A stretch of DNA of 64,000 nt from Octopus bimaculoides (GCF_001194135.2 NC_068998.1:40672487-40736486), one strand, 5' to 3'. Shown: positions 24,687-39,748, counted from the stretch's first letter. The notes: generated by a model from the letters alone, not told the origin. Numbers and translations are program-made.

Positions 24687-27600
24687 TGACTCAAAGGACT
24701 AACCAGAATATTGACGCCCTTCTATGAAACTGTTAAAACCTACCTCTTGTATGGTATTTTACATATGAAAAGAACTTGGCTCAACTCTGCATGTCGACCA
24801 GGCAATTGTACCTTTTCTGTACAACTGCCTACAATATTCTTTTCTACCATAGTCACAAGGCTTGAAATTTGTGGGGAGGGAGTATGCAACTGGTACTTAA
24901 TTAATTGACCCCGAAAGGATGAAAGGCAAAGTCAACTTTGGCAGAATTTGAACTCAGAACGTAAAGACACAAAATCTGGCTAAGCATTTCGCCTGGCGTG
25001 TTAATGTTTCTGCCAGCTCACTGCCTTTAAATATATTCTTTCCTCCTCTAGGCACAAGGCCTAAAATTTTTTTGGAGGGAGCTGGTCAATTAGATTGACT
25101 GCCAGTATGCAATTGGTACTTAGTTTATTGACCCCTGAAAGGATGAAAGGCAAAGCCAATCTCAGTGGAATTTGAACTCAGAATGTAAAGACAGATGAAA
25201 TCTGGCTAGGCATTTCACCCGGCGTGCTAATGTTTCTGCTAGCTCGCTGCCTTAACTGCCTACAATATTGAACTATATCTTCACATGGTTCCTTTGAATT
25301 CAGAACTGCATGACAGTGAAACACTTTACAGCTGTATGGTATTCTTTCCTGCCTGTAACTGCATATTTTTCTTAAGGAAGGCAAAAGGCAGGACTTATAG
25401 TTGAGCTGCAGCCCAGAACCTAGAGCCTTTTGTTATTTAGCCCTAGGTTAGCTCTGACCAAGGAAAGCCATTAAAAAGAGTACTCTGGCTTTGACCATCT
25501 CCATCTTTCTGTACAGTGACTATATTACTCAATGAATTCTTCATTAACCCTTTTGATACCAACTAGGGGTGTTTGAGACCACCCCTAGTTCTATGACGTA
25601 AACTTCCTGTTTTAAAGTGATCTAAATTAAAATCTTTTATTAAAAGTTTTCATATTTATGTTCCAGACATCAACTTAATAAGTTATTTTGTTAAATTCTT
25701 CATTGATTTCAAAATTGAAACAAAGACCGTGTCTTCCAAAAAAATATAGTAACAAATGGATTAGAGGTAGTAGAGTCTGATTTGAAGAAGATTTGGTTGT
25801 TATTCCAGCTGGTTGATGGTAAAGGCACCTCTGATAACCAGTTGTAGTGAAATGATGTCCCTAGAAAGATTGTGCTAAGTTTTCCATAGATTAGGGGTTT
25901 CTACAACACTGGCTGGAAACTAAATATTACATCTGTTGGAACTTTAAGTGGGGGCAGGAGAGCTACTAGAATGCAGCTTCTGTATCTATTTTGTCCTTCA
26001 ACTTGTAGCTATGGTCACATCTCCAGTTGTTTTAGCAGCTCTTGATTTATCCATTTTGGTGGACATTGTGCGTGCATGCGTATGCGTGTAGGCTTGTTGC
26101 CTAGCGGTTAGAGTATTTGGCTTGCAATCATGTCCTGAGTTCAAGACCTGGACTCGGCAGTGCATTGTGTCCTTGAGCAAGACACTTGATTCCATGTTGC
26201 TTTCGCCTACTAAGCTGAAAATGAATACCGACTGAGTGCTGGTGCAGCCCTCTCTCCCTCCTTAAATGCACTGCTAGGTCAAGGAGTTGAGAAGCTGTCT
26301 ATATTTGTTTGCACTTGAAATAGTTAGCAAAAGTATAAGTGTAACTAAGCCATACCCATTCACAAGTGATAACTGGCTTTTTGTATTCCTTGGGGATCAC
26401 CAGTTCATAGGAACATGGTCAGCTCACTTAGAATAAGGAACCCAAAGCCAGAAGGTTGAATGTCAGTATGGTTAATCAATAAAGGTGAATCTAACAAAAA
26501 CTTTATACATTTTATTTTACCCAGAAGCTCTTCAGAGACCAACAGCCCTCAGGTGAAACATAATACATATTTTGTTGGACTTAATGACTCTGGATAAAAA
26601 GGCATAGGGCATGGTTGTGTGGTTGAGAGATTTGCTTCCCAACAACATGATTTTGGGCTCAGTCCTCATTGCATAGGACCTTTGGCAAGTGCTTTCTACT
26701 CTGGTGCTGGGTTGACCAAATGCCTTGTGAGTGAATTTGGTAGACATAAAATGAAAGAAACCTGTTATATGCACACATAAGTGTAACATTATTTGTACGT
26801 GTGTGTGTGTGTGTGTGTGCATATTAGTGTCTTCCTATTTTGACATCTCATGATAGTTGTAAACGAGTTTCACTGTCATACAAACGGTGCCTTTCATTTC
26901 CAGTCTTCAGTGAAAACTTGTCTGGCTTAATGAAACATTACCTTGCTTGAGAACAGGTGAGTGTTGATGACAGGAAAGGCATCTGGCTATAGAAAATGTT
27001 TCAGCAAATTCCGATTCATGAAAGCCTGAAAAAGTGGACAATGAACTAGTAATATATATTCATCCTTGCTACTGTTTTAAAAATCTGTTTTACCATTACC
27101 TTGTCAACATGTTGGGTAAATCTGTGTTGTACAGCATACCATTGCTCTTATCTCAGTTCGTCTGTGAGGCTCGTTATCTTCAGATATGACCTTACTACTC
27201 GCATGTAACACAGATGGTCTTACTCAGCTATAGTTACATGTTACAGCCAGTAAACTGCATGTTTTCATGTAGCATTTCATTTATAACCCATGATTATGCC
27301 ATTATAGCTAACTTTTGCATATATTCACCATACGCGTTGCTGTATGGCTGAGAAGCTTGGTTCCTAACCATGTGGTTTTGGGTTCAGTCCCTGTCCGTGC
27401 TACCTTGTACAAGTATCTTTTGCTACAGCTCTGGGCCAGTCAACATCTTGAAAGTGGATACAGTAGACAGAAACTGATAAAAGCTTGTGGTGTGTGTGTG
27501 TGTATGTAGTCTGTATTGCTGCAAACTTTTCTCAGGCAAACTCCTTATTGTCTCTTTAATGGTGATCCTATACTGTAATCCTTTTAACTTTTAGGGAATT

Positions 27601-28782
27601 TATGTATGATTCTAACACTTTAACCTCCTCTTCCTTTGCAGAGATTTAAGGGACAGAATGTTTGTCAAAACATAATGAGGAGACCGATGTTAATGTAGTC
27701 CCTCTTGGTTAAAGTATGAAGCAAAATGGAAGCAAATATAAAAATCAGTCTGACTGGTGACATGTTCTAACCTTTCACCTTCCTTAATTTAGGCTGATTT
27801 GGAATGTTTGCATTGTAGGAATGTTGTAAAAGGGTTCACTTTTAACTCTTCCTCTTCCTCCTCCCTGTTTCTGCTATATAACTTCCTTCTTGAATAATAC
27901 TGATTTCCAGTCCACTCTTGATGTTTTTTTTTTTTTTTTTTTTGTGAGATGGTGGGAAAGTGTAAAAAGGGTAGAAAACGTTTGATCATGACAATTAGCT
28001 TAGTAGTAGTAGTAGTAGTAATTTTGGCACAAGGCAAGCTGTTTTGAGGTGAGGAGTAATTCAATTACATCAACCCCAGTGTTCAACTGGTACTTATTTT
28101 ATTGGCCTTGAAAGGATGAAAGGTGAAGTTGTCCCTGGTAGCATTTGAACTCAGAACATAAAGACAGGTGATTTGCTGCTAAGCATTTTGTCTGGTGTTC
28201 TAATGATTCTGCCAGCATGCTGCTTTAATATTAAACGTAACAAGGGTGGTGAGCTGGCAGAATCATTAAGTACACCGGACAAAACGCTTTGTGACATTTT
28301 GTCTGAGTTCAAATTCCGCCAAAGTCAACTTTGCCATTCATTTTTAAGGTGTCAATAAAATAAGTACCAGTTGTGCACTGGGGTTGATGCAATTGACTTA
28401 AACTCTCTCTCTCTTGAACTTGCAGGCCTTGTGCCAAAATATGAAACCAATATTAAATGTAACATTATGATAAACTACTTGTTAGCCAAATTCACAATGA
28501 TAGTAATAATTTTGCTACTATAGTAATAATTTTTCTACTTTAAAGGTGGTGCTCCAGTATGGCCGCAGTCAAATGACTGAAACAAGTAAAAGAGTATAAA
28601 AGATTATAGCCATGAAGCCTAAAATTTTTGCAGGAGTGAGCCAGTCGATTTCATTGACCTCGAAACAATGAAAGGCAAAGCTAACCTCAGTGGTATTTGA
28701 ACCCAGAACATAAAGATGGATGAAATGATGCTAAGCATTTTGTCTGGCGTGTTAATGTTTCTGCCAGCTTGCCATCTTAAAA

Positions 28783-28814
<32 letters not shown>

Positions 28815-29474
28815 TATATTGATTCCTGGAAAGATGAAAGGCAAAGTTGACCTTGATGGGATTTGAACTCTCAGTGGAAGAATTGTAACTAAATATTGCC
28901 ACGGCGTTTTATCCAGTGCTCAAACGTAACTGTCAGTTCAGTCCATCATGGTACTTTAGTTGGTGTTGAGAATTCAAATTATAGTTATTCTCTCTGTTGT
29001 GCCTTTGGATAACCTCCAAGAGGCTATCTTGAAGAAGAAACTAACCAGCATTAGTTGCTATTTAGAACTATATCTCAGTCATGTGCATGATCAAATCTGT
29101 TCCAACTGTGACCATCTCTATTCTTTATCATTGGATGTAACACATCTTGGACTACATTATTTAATATGTGCATTTTTGGTTTTTAAGATGTTCGGGTGTG
29201 ATCCAAAGAAGTTAGGTTGCTATTTCTAGCACACTGTGTAGCCATATAGCAGTTACTTGTTTTCTATGAGCCATTAGGGTTAACCATGACAATGAAAGCT
29301 TTAGAGAGCTTTGAACTATGAAACATTTTGATTGATCTTTCATTTCTAAACCTGGTTTTGGCAGTGTATTGGTGCCATTACAGCAGGTTGGGTGGAAGCT
29401 CTTCTTATGTCTTAATTTTTGGACAGCATGTCTCTCAATTAGCAATGCATTTCCACAACTGAAAATTTCATATA

Positions 29475-30720
29475 CACCGAACTGCAAAAGAAACGCAAGA
29501 TGTGTGACTGGGAAATATGTTTTAATTTCATTTTGTCAGAGATAAATTTTGATAAATCTGATAAAGTCAATTTCTTGGATGCACTTTGACCACAGTCTAT
29601 GTATGGGTTGTTGTCGTGTGTTCTGGTAGTGGGTGGATTCAGCACATTGAGATTGTAGGGCGTGACATGTTCAATACTGTGTATGCCCTCCCTGGTTGTT
29701 CAAAACAGCCATAAACCACCAGTACATGGAGTGCATGAGGCGGTTCACAAAAGCCATTGGCACCTGTGCTCACACTATGAGGAAAGCTGCCTCCAGTTCC
29801 ACACAAGTTGTCAGCCTTGGGACCACCTGGTTCAGCCGTCTCTGGATTTCATTCCACATGTGTTCAATTGGGTTCAGATCCAGGCTGAGAGCCAGCCATG
29901 GCATGGTTCTGATGTAGTGCTGATGCAGGAAGTCCATGGTGACCCTGGCCATGTTGGAGGGAGCATTGTCCTGCTGGAACATGTGGCTATGGTGACACAC
30001 AAAGAAGGGCACGATGTGAGGTCTTAAGATCTGGTCAATGTAGTGCTGTGCTGTGATGCCATTCCCTCTGCCTGTACCAACATTTTGGAACACATGGGGC
30101 TCAATTCTCTGATTCAGGCCTGTAGCACCCCAAGCCATGATGCTTTGGCCACCCCATGCGTCTCTCTCCACGACACATGCATCTCTGTAGTGTTCACCCC
30201 TCCTATGCCACACCCTCACTTTGAGGTGGAAATAGTACTGGCTCTTGTCAGAGAAGACTATCAACTTCCATTGTTGATGCTACTAATGTCGGTGCTGTGT
30301 AACCCACTGTAGCTATGCCTGACAGTGGCGGGCAGTGAAGACAGGCCCTCGAGCAGGACGATGGCAACGTAATCAGCTGATAGCTTGTTCTCTCTGCGCT
30401 ACTGACAATCAGGTCATACCTGATGCATTCAAATTATGAATGGTGAGAATGCGGTTCAGTTTGATTTTTATACCCATAACCTCCACGAGATGCATGTGCA
30501 TTTCGGTTTTCACGACAATTGTTTGTGACTGCCACCCATGGCATTCAACACAGCTATGTTTTGGCATTTCATTTCAGGGGAAGTCAAAAGGTTACCTGCA
30601 ATATGGGTCTCAGCCATAAACCTGCATGTCTTGGAATATTTACACTTAAAATAAATTTTCAGAATTTATCATATAAAATGACATTTGAAAAAATCGTGTT
30701 TCTTTTGTGTAGATTACTGA
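29475..30720 (-). mobile_element. Decayed Tc1-family (DD34E) transposon
   Basis: ORF 29770-30264 has FSD, WGGQSIMAWG, FQQDNA and DLNPIEHMW, with exactly 34 residues between D and E. A TIR-like TA-CACCGAACTGCAAAAGAAACGCAA lies at 29475. The opposite end is only weakly matched (~30700), so the bounds are uncertain. Confidence 0.85.
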
Positions 30721-33700
30721 ATTTATGTATGTGTTAGGAGGGGAGGCAGTGCCCATGGATTTCTACAACTAGAATTATGTATATTGTTATATTTGTGTGG
30801 CTGGTTACCATAGTACTTTAGTCCTTTAGCATTTAAACTGGCCATATCCAGCCCAAATATTTTACTTGTTTTGTGTTCAAACCAACTAGATCCAGCATCT
30901 CACACCTGCCCTGCAATGTCATTCTAAAAATAAATGACATCTTCAAAAATCTCTAAGCTACAAGACAATACAGGATTGATTTAAAAAAGGTGAATGAAAT
31001 AAGCATATTTGACAGAGTAATCTGAACGATAAAGGGTTAAGTCTTGCTGCTTGCGAGAACTTAGAACAGAATTTGTGTGTGTGTATTCTGTTTTGGAATA
31101 TCTCGAAACACACAAATATAATATAATAATAGCATGTAAATATTGTGTTGAAAAACCCTTCTGAATAGTAAATGGTGAACGTTGCCTATGGAACTCAAAT
31201 CCACACCTGTAGAAATGACAGATATTCTACTATTGTACAGTGGTACTGTTGTAAAAGGTAAAATGCCTGTCATGTCTACAACTGTGGATTTGAGTCCCAT
31301 AGGCTATTACTACTCAAAGTAGTGGTCTGCGAACCATCAGCTACTGCTGCACGGCGAGTTTCCAGCAAAGAAAGAAACAACAGCATAATTTCTGTAATTT
31401 CGCCTTGCAGTAAATAAGTTAGCTTATCCTGTCAAACGTTGATGGTGGGACAATTGGAAGGAAAGAGAACTCGACTGGTATCCATTCAACTGAAGCAACT
31501 TAAAATGAAGCACCTTTCATAAAAAGACACAGCACATTGCTCAGTTCAGGAGTCAAACCTGCAACTTTTTGAGAGTTGAACACTGACCACTAGGTTGTGT
31601 ACTTTCACATGTAACATAGCCCCTCCTGTCAAGGCAAAGCTTATCTTTTTGGCAATCCACTCTGATTCACAGTACTTTAACCCCAGCATCTGTATAAAAC
31701 AGTCCATTCCTGTCTATTAACTGCAACTGTTGCAGAGAAGGCCTAGCACTTGTTCTTGAGAAGAGGAAAATTATATTGAGGGACAAGTAAAATTAACTGT
31801 TTAACTTGAGATGTGAACTTACGTAGAATACACATCCAGTAGGTGTCATAGATAGGTACCGTAATCATAAAGCTGTCATTTTAGCATAAACATTTTGAGT
31901 CTTTGTAACAAATTCCACTCAGTTTGTTAGAAATAGCTGTCAGATATTCCACAAACCACACACTACCATTTTAAAAAAGGAACTTTCTGGATTATGAACT
32001 ATGATTTAATTATGGTTGGAAAGATTTTTGACATAGGTAGGTGTCTTCATTGTAGACAACCTGGCATTCAGCAATAACCTTTTCAATTTTCAACTCATGA
32101 CCTTTAACTTCACAACATGAAATCACAGAATAATATCTGTGTGGATGTTTACAGTTTGTGCTGAGCCATGGAATGTCATTGTTTGTAGCTGTGCTGCAAC
32201 CAGTGATGTTTGATGACAACCCCTGCTGGCATATCATCTGCTAGCTCTGTTGTGCTCTATAAATTCCTTTGGAATAAAAGATTCCTTACTTGAAAAATAA
32301 GGGTTGGCAACAGGAATAGCATCCTGTGGTAAAAAACTTCTCTCAACGTGTCATCTAATCTCTTCTATCATGGATAGAGTGATATCAAAACAGATGAGAA
32401 TGCATTTTTGTATGTGTGTATATGTACATAGAAGTGTGTGTGTGTGTGTGTGTGTATACTGTCTTAATTTTTTTAAAAACCAAAACACTGCAAGTTATAA
32501 GAAATAATACAGGTCAATGGTTTATACTTTTACCATGCATTACGATATCTTGTACACATCCTATAAAACAAAAAAATCTAGCTCACAATACCATTTTTCT
32601 GAAGATTTCACTAGTGAAGTCACTACAATACTAAAAATGCAATTTTTAAAAGTCCACTTTTTTAAAAATCAACAACTACTAAGAATATGGTAAAAGAGTC
32701 AACATTCCTGGAACATATCCAAAAGAAGACTGCTAATACAGTAGAACATCACTAAGTAAAATGAAATGGAGGGAGGAGAGATTTCTAACCCTTTTCATAG
32801 TCTTATCCACCAGCAAAATAATGTCCTCTACATCAATATAAGGTACATTAACTCAACTACATCATTCTAACATCGCCTCCTCTTCACCACCATTACTATC
32901 ACCGTCTCTGTTGAGTTTGGTTGTCTCCTAAATGCACTCTTTGTCTTTTATACAAGCTGACAAATGGTGCCGGCATGTCAGTTATCAAGTGATGATAGCT
33001 TATAAATATAATATCCCAGTGCAATAATTTGCTTTAAGTGTATCTATATGTGACTTATGCATGCCTTCAATATGGTGTTTGCTGTTGTTTAACCTTATGT
33101 TGGTGACTGAATTGAACAGACCTATAATTAGAAGCAATCAAATCACCATCGTTCCATATGTGTTGATTAATTATATATACGGCCCCTTCCTACAGTTAAA
33201 CACACAGATGTTACTTCCTCAGTATGTATTCAAATATACATGTTCTCTCTTATATGTGGGTCAAATATGGTTGTTGTTGTTGTTGTCATTGTAGCGTAAC
33301 TCCAAGTCAGTGGCTCAGTGGGCCAGACACTATAATCAAAGGCATGATGTGTTGTTTCCCCACCTCCTTACAAAGTATTTTACTATCGGCTCTATTATCC
33401 ACTGTATGCTTTTCTTAAGATAGTAGGATGTGATTTGAGGGAGATTTAGCTGCTATTTCTAACAGATTAAGCAACCAAATAGAACCTCTCTTGTTAGCTT
33501 GTCAATAACTTGTCATTCTGTAGAATATAATAAAAGCAGGCATCTGAGCAAGAGTAGAATATTGGGGAGGGGAGTTTGCTGTAGTGATTTACATTGTGGC
33601 CCAGGTGAACCACCAGTAGTCCATCCCAAAGTCTTTGGTGGTCCACAGCAAATTTTATAAGACGAAGGAAATCACTAAATGTGACTAGAAATCCTAAGTA

Positions 33701-34876
33701 AATTTACATATAATTCATACATTCATCATCACCATCACTAAAATGTCCGTTTTTCCTTGGGTCAGATGGAGTTTGTTGAGACAGATTTACTAAGGCCAGA
33801 TTCTCTTCTTGCCACCTCTCCCCATGTAGTTTCTTAGCAAGGTAATTTTTTCCTCGTGGCTAGACATGTTTTGGTGGAACATTGGAAATGAATGATTGCT
33901 TGTATGGCAGTGACAATTATTTACACTTATGAAATACTGAGACAATGACACACTCATGCGCATATGCGTGCACGGCAGGTTTGTTTTAGTTTCCATATAC
34001 CATATCCAGTCGCAAGGCTTTGGTCAGTCTGGGGGCCAGAGTAGAAGACGTTTACCCCAAGTGTCACATTCCTGAAAACCTGAACCCATGTGGTTGGTAA
34101 GCAAACTTCTTACCACACAACCACTCTTGCACCTTTTGTGTAGTGATAATAAAAGAGACAAAAGGAGCACACAGTTCACCAGAGTGCATTGTGTTTCGTT
34201 CAATGAATGTGAACCTTTCTGTGGCTGTATTTCTATTGAGATACACACAGCTTATCTACTTGAATAAATTTGTGGAAATTTATCAAGAATTTGGAGAGAT
34301 TTAGTAAAGTAACTTTTCCATTATTCAGCTGATGTTTGGAACATAAACAAAAAAAATTCACAGAAGTTTTTTAAGAACACTTTTAAAATAACCAGTTTTG
34401 TAGCAGTGAGTGCTAGAAATATTTCAGCAGGATTGATATCAAAAGAATTAAGCAAGACTTTTTGAGCTAACACACTGACCTCACCCGCTCAACATTCTGT
34501 TTGCTACTGCAGATTAATATCTAGATCTAGATACTATATTTAACGACTGATTTGTAAAGCTAAAACTGCCTGATGTAGAAGAAAATAGACGTCTGAACTT
34601 CATTGAATGTAATATATAGAGTAAGATGTTGTTTATTCTCCAATAAATCAATCGATCAACTGATCAATATAGATCAGCTAATAACAGACTTATTTATTGA
34701 CCAATGTGGAGGTGGGAAGAGGGTGGAAGGGTTCCCTCTCTTTATCTCTAATTATTATTTTCATTCATGGGGAGTGAAGGCTGGGACTGGTTCCCTTTTA
34801 CTAAGTAGACACTGCTTTGAAAACTGACTGGCAAGAAGAGACATTGGCTTTTAAATGCTTAGTGCAAATTTCTTTT

Positions 34877-34911
<35 letters not shown>

Positions 34912-36572
34912 AAAAACATTGTTTACCCGAAAGAGAAATCTTATATTTTAAATGTTTGAAATTATATAAATGTATTAAAACCGGCATTAAGTCTTTAAGG
35001 TAGAAACAAAGCTACTTAAAGTTAAATGAATGTGTGTGTTTAAGCTCATAAGATTTAGGATTATAATTACAATCATTTGAGGAATCTTTGAATTGTACCC
35101 AAATATAATTTATAATAATTATCATAGCTGGGTGGCCTAGAAGTTTGCTTTGACTATATGACACCGTGGACAAGTGTTTAACCCTGTTGTTACCATATCT
35201 CAGTTAACATAAGTTGCTTTTGTTTGAGTACATTTTTGAAATAATGCAGAATTTAGTAAAATAAAACTTTGTTATTATTAAGCTGGGGCTTGGAACAATT
35301 TAATATAAAATTTTGATGGAAGATTATAATTTAGACAACTTTAAAACAGTAAGTTTATGTCATAGAACCTGGGGCGGTCTTAGGCAGGCTGGTATCAAAA
35401 GGATTAATACTATAGTCTTGGGTTGAACTAAGTCCACTGTGAATGAAATAAGACTAGTGGAGGTCTATTGGATGGGCTGTATTTGTTTACCACTAATACT
35501 GACTGTTTTTTCAGTACCTTTAGCAGTACCATTGTGATGCAAATATTTCAACAATGTCTCTAGTCTGAGGGCAAACTATCAGGTACTAAATCTCATTGAT
35601 ATTTTGGCTATTTAACTACTATACATTTCCATCTGGATGACTGGTACAGCAGACAGTTTCTATTTTCATCTATTCTGTCAATGTCTTATCTTGGGGAATA
35701 TCTCATTTTTATTTAAATAAAACAAAAATAGGAAAGGACAAGGACTTAGTTGGGTTCCTTCTTATTGCAGTTATAAAGGTTACTGGAATTGGTAAAAAAA
35801 AAAAAGAGTTCTGGAAATGGTAATGGTTTTTAAATGTTTCGGAATCTACTTTTTCAACTGAAAGTAGATGCCATCATGTTCACTTGATGTAAGAATCGTA
35901 TCATCTGTCTGTAAAATGAAAATATTTACTACAAGTGTTTTTTGGCAGATTATACTCTGATTTCAAATCCTGTTTAGGTCACTGTTAGTTTGTCCTCTTC
36001 TGAAGGAGTGGGGTGGGGCTCAATCAGATACAACAATTAATAATATGTAGACATTTGATACAGTCAACTTACATCTCTCTCATCTGTAATGTTGCATCAT
36101 CCATTATTAACTCTAGATTGGTTCAGATGAACAGAAGTAGTCCAGACATGACCACTCAGATTATCTAAGACTACATTATTCATTATTTCTTTAACCCATT
36201 AGCATTCAGATTATGCTGTCAAATGTGTTGCTTATTCATTCATATTGTTTTTACTTAATCATGCATTATCTCATAGCTTAAATGATGTGATTGTTTCTTT
36301 TTAGAATGACTTTGTATGGTGGGTGTGAGAGGCTAGATCTGACAGGTAGAATATTTTGCATAAACACATTGAGAATCCCTTGTTGGCTAGGATATCATTT
36401 ATTTGTGCTTCCAGGTATATATAGCTTAGCAAAAGGACATCTATTGATTTGCATTTAGTAGTTAGCATGGGAATTGCTTTGTTTTATGTGCATCTTTGTG
36501 TTTTGAGAGTAAGAGAGAGGAGGCCTTGGTTTTTGCTAAATAATCAATACAAATTATTTCTTTTCTCCCTAG

Positions 36573-36817
36573 AAGAACCGGAAGTGAAATTAGAACCCAT
36601 CAATGTAGATATAATTAATTTTAAAAAAGGGAGTACCGTGAAGAAACCTACCTCTCACCCCAGCAGACCTGCACTGAAGAAAAGTGAATCTGATGAACAG
36701 ACTCCATCAAAAAACGAGGTGAAACTAAAGCGTTCACCTCGCATCAGTAAACCTTCAATCAAAAAACTGGAGGCTGAAGAGGACAACAAGCTCTTCACGG
36801 AATACCAAAAGCAAATG
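36573..36817 (+). CDS. NSD2: NSD coding exon 3: Lys/Ser/Glu-rich linker
   Basis: Acceptor TTTCTTTTCTCCCTAG, phase 1 (matches exon 2). Open frame EEPEVKLEP..EYQKQM. Donor ATG|GTAAGT, phase 0. Confidence 0.85.
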
Positions 36818-39199
36818 GTAAGTAAAGTATTCACCAACCTCTAAACATTATACATGCACATGCGTACACACACAGATTTAAAACTGTTTAATCTGTAAAT
36901 GTTTGTTAATAGAATCTGTAATGCATGTCTCTATGTGTATTGCTTGCATTGTTTCTTCTGTTAGGTGTAACATCCTCAACTTCGTCTGCCGAGCTTCTTT
37001 CTATATCTGCCTTTTTTTGGTACACAGCAACTGTCTTTCACCATCAGCTCTTCAAGTCTTCCATGGCGTACCTTTATCACAGATACTTTTCATCAACTCT
37101 CAACTCTTTGTGTTTTCTTACCTTTCTGCCTTCTGCTACTGCCTCTGCATCACTGTTTCACTTATCTTACCCTTCAACACCTCAACATAGTCATCACTCT
37201 TCTACATATATTTCTGGATGCAGTCTTAGAATCACTGATAAATTCAGGAATTGATTAGATTTACAGCTTAGAGGACATGACTATTCAAAATTACACAAAA
37301 ACTGTTAACTTAACACATATTATTCCCATCTCATCTCCTCTTCTTTTGCCTACTTATTCCTGGGTGGGTTGTGGGGACACAATCCTCAAGCATGGGCAGT
37401 CAGAGAATGAGTTGCAGGTGACGGATAGCGATGGCCACCAGATATGATGGTTAGTTGTAAGATAAACAGGTTCCTGCCAGACAAATAGCAACCCCTGATC
37501 AAACAGCAGTAATCTACTAGGGGAGATGGAGCAATGGGTAACTCTTTTAGCTCTCAAGAAAACTATCGTACTATCAGCAATGTAGTTATGATGGGGTGAG
37601 GAAAGATTGCTTCAAAAAGCCTAGATTTTATGGGGTCTGAGAAAATTATCAAATTGGTGACTGGCGTGAATAAGACCCAAAAACTGCAGTTTGGTTACAT
37701 TAATTATTTGGTTTCAAAATTTTCCTTGCACCAAATAATGAATGTCTAAATGAGGTTAACAGTTTTTCTGTATTTTTGAATGGCTAATATGTATCTTCCA
37801 CATATAGTTTCAATCTCAGATCAAATCCCTTGCCAGACAGGGATTAATTACATCTATTTGTCTGGGAAAAATTCTAAATTTCTGTTCTAATTCCAGTCAA
37901 CTTACTATTTTTTTTTAAAGCTTCATCTGGTATTAAATTATGGTGAATTATTGTATGGTATGGCTAGTTGCCTCCTCATCTTTCTTGTATAAGATTAAGT
38001 TATTCCTTAACCCTTTAGCATTTAAAAGCATTAAATATTGGGATCCGATATGACCCTAATATTCTACTTGTTTTATGTTCAAACTGGCATCTCATATCTA
38101 CCCTACAATGTTATTCTGAAAATAAACAACCACATCATTGAAATCTCAAAGGATTAATTCAAAACAATGTGAATAATAAAAAGCATTGCATTTGACAGAG
38201 TAATCTGAATACTAAAGTTAAATCCTGTTCTGTAATTTCTAGTCTTCTTTTGGATAGATTGTTAGAGAGAGAGAGAGAGAGCGTATTGAGTTAGAGGAGT
38301 ATCATTGAATATCAGTGATTCAATGCTCCTGGAACTTTCACTTTAATACATACAACAAGTTTGATTGCGACAGTAGTGTTTCTGTATGATGGTTTCTGTT
38401 TTATCACTCTTTATTATCACGAGTCTTTGTGGATAAGAAATTTGCTTCACAACCTCATGGCTTTGGCATGTGTAGAGGTGTGTGAAGGCTTACATTCTGT
38501 GTTTGTGTGAATAATAACTTGAGTTACGTTCAGTATTGTCTGGCAATGCCCTGTAAGTAAATCACCATAGAACCCTGTGCTTTCAAAGATGAGTGAAATG
38601 AAAATTCCCTTATTTGGAAAACAAGTTCAAGACAGTAAAGTCATCTACCTGAAAAACAATATGAACACTATGTATTCCCTAACCCCTGCTAGAATGGGTT
38701 TAAAAAAGAAAAAGAAAAAAGAAAGTGAAATAAATGCCACAAACACACACACATGGACATAAGACAATAGAGAGCAGAAACAAATACCAACTTGATAAAC
38801 GATTCTGCTTACCCATTGCTCTCTACCTTATTAATATTCATTAATTAATGATTTATTTTTGTTGTCTCCTATATAGTTGTATTGATTGATAATTTAGCAT
38901 CGCATTTTGTATTTTCATTGTATTCTTCCTTTGAATTAGATACCAAATTGCACCATCTCCACTCCACTCCACTCCACTTCTACAATATAACCTAAAAGTG
39001 TAGGCATCTCAATAGTCAATATGTTTGATTGTTAGTCTTCTCTGGAAAATTCGGTTAAGAAATTGGAACCTCAAGAAATTGGTAAATTTGGTTTTTAAAC
39101 CCTTTAGCATTCAATGCTTATATATTCATAGTGGTTTGAATTAATTGTAGTTTTGAGATTTCAATGGTGCGTTATTGGTATTATTGTTTATATGGAGGT

Positions 39200-39748
39200 G
39201 ATAAGTGACTGAGACTTTTGGTGATTTGCTGTGCTTGAGAAGACACGTCAAGCTAAGTGAAATCATGGTTGTGGCTAGTGCCTGTGACATGTGAAAGGCA
39301 CCTGTGCCAGTGACATGCAAAAGGCACCCGTGCTGGTGACAAGTAAATGGTACCCGTGCTGGTGACAAGTAAATGGTACCCGTGCTGGTGACAAGTAAAT
39401 GGTACCCGTGCTGGTGACAAGTAAATGGTACCCGTGCTGGTGACAAGTAAATGGTACCCGTGCTGGTGACAAGTAAATGGTACCCGTGCTGGTGACAAGT
39501 AAATGGTACCCGTGCTGGTGACAAGTAAATGGTACCCGTGCTGGTGACACGTAAATGGTACCCGTGCTGGTGACACGTAAATGGTACCTGTGCTGGTGAT
39601 ATGTAAAAGACATCCACTACACTCTATGTAGTGGTTGGCATTAAGAAGGGCATCCAGCTGTAGAAACCAAACCAAAACAGACTGAGGCCTGGTATTCCAG
39701 TCAAAATGCCAGCATGGAAAACGAATACTAAATGACGATAATAATAAT
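39200..39748 (+). mobile_element. RTE LINE 3' end inserted into a family-1 MITE (halves at ~39096-39200 and 39749-39802)
   Basis: Contains CTTGAGAAGACACGTCAAGCTAAGTGA (RTE ORF end, shared with 42290 and 62570) and the tail ATGCCAGCATGGAAAACG..GATAAT. The MITE termini lie on both sides. Confidence 0.75.
39278..39615 (+). repeat. 26-bp minisatellite, 13 units (10 near-identical), unit GTGCTGGTGACAAGTAAATGGTACCC
   Basis: Unit starts at 39278, 39304, 39330 ... 39590; period 26 counted directly. Confidence 0.97.

Noticed and set aside
36950-37560. Possible further LINE fragments or hidden exons after exon 3 (also 31940-32260)
   Set aside because: No diagnostic motif or phase-compatible splice pair that I could support.
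39278-39615. CRISPR-like array or repeat-protein ORFs (39141-39675, minus)
   Set aside because: There are no unique spacers and the context is eukaryotic. The ORFs are a by-product of a stop-free 26-bp minisatellite.
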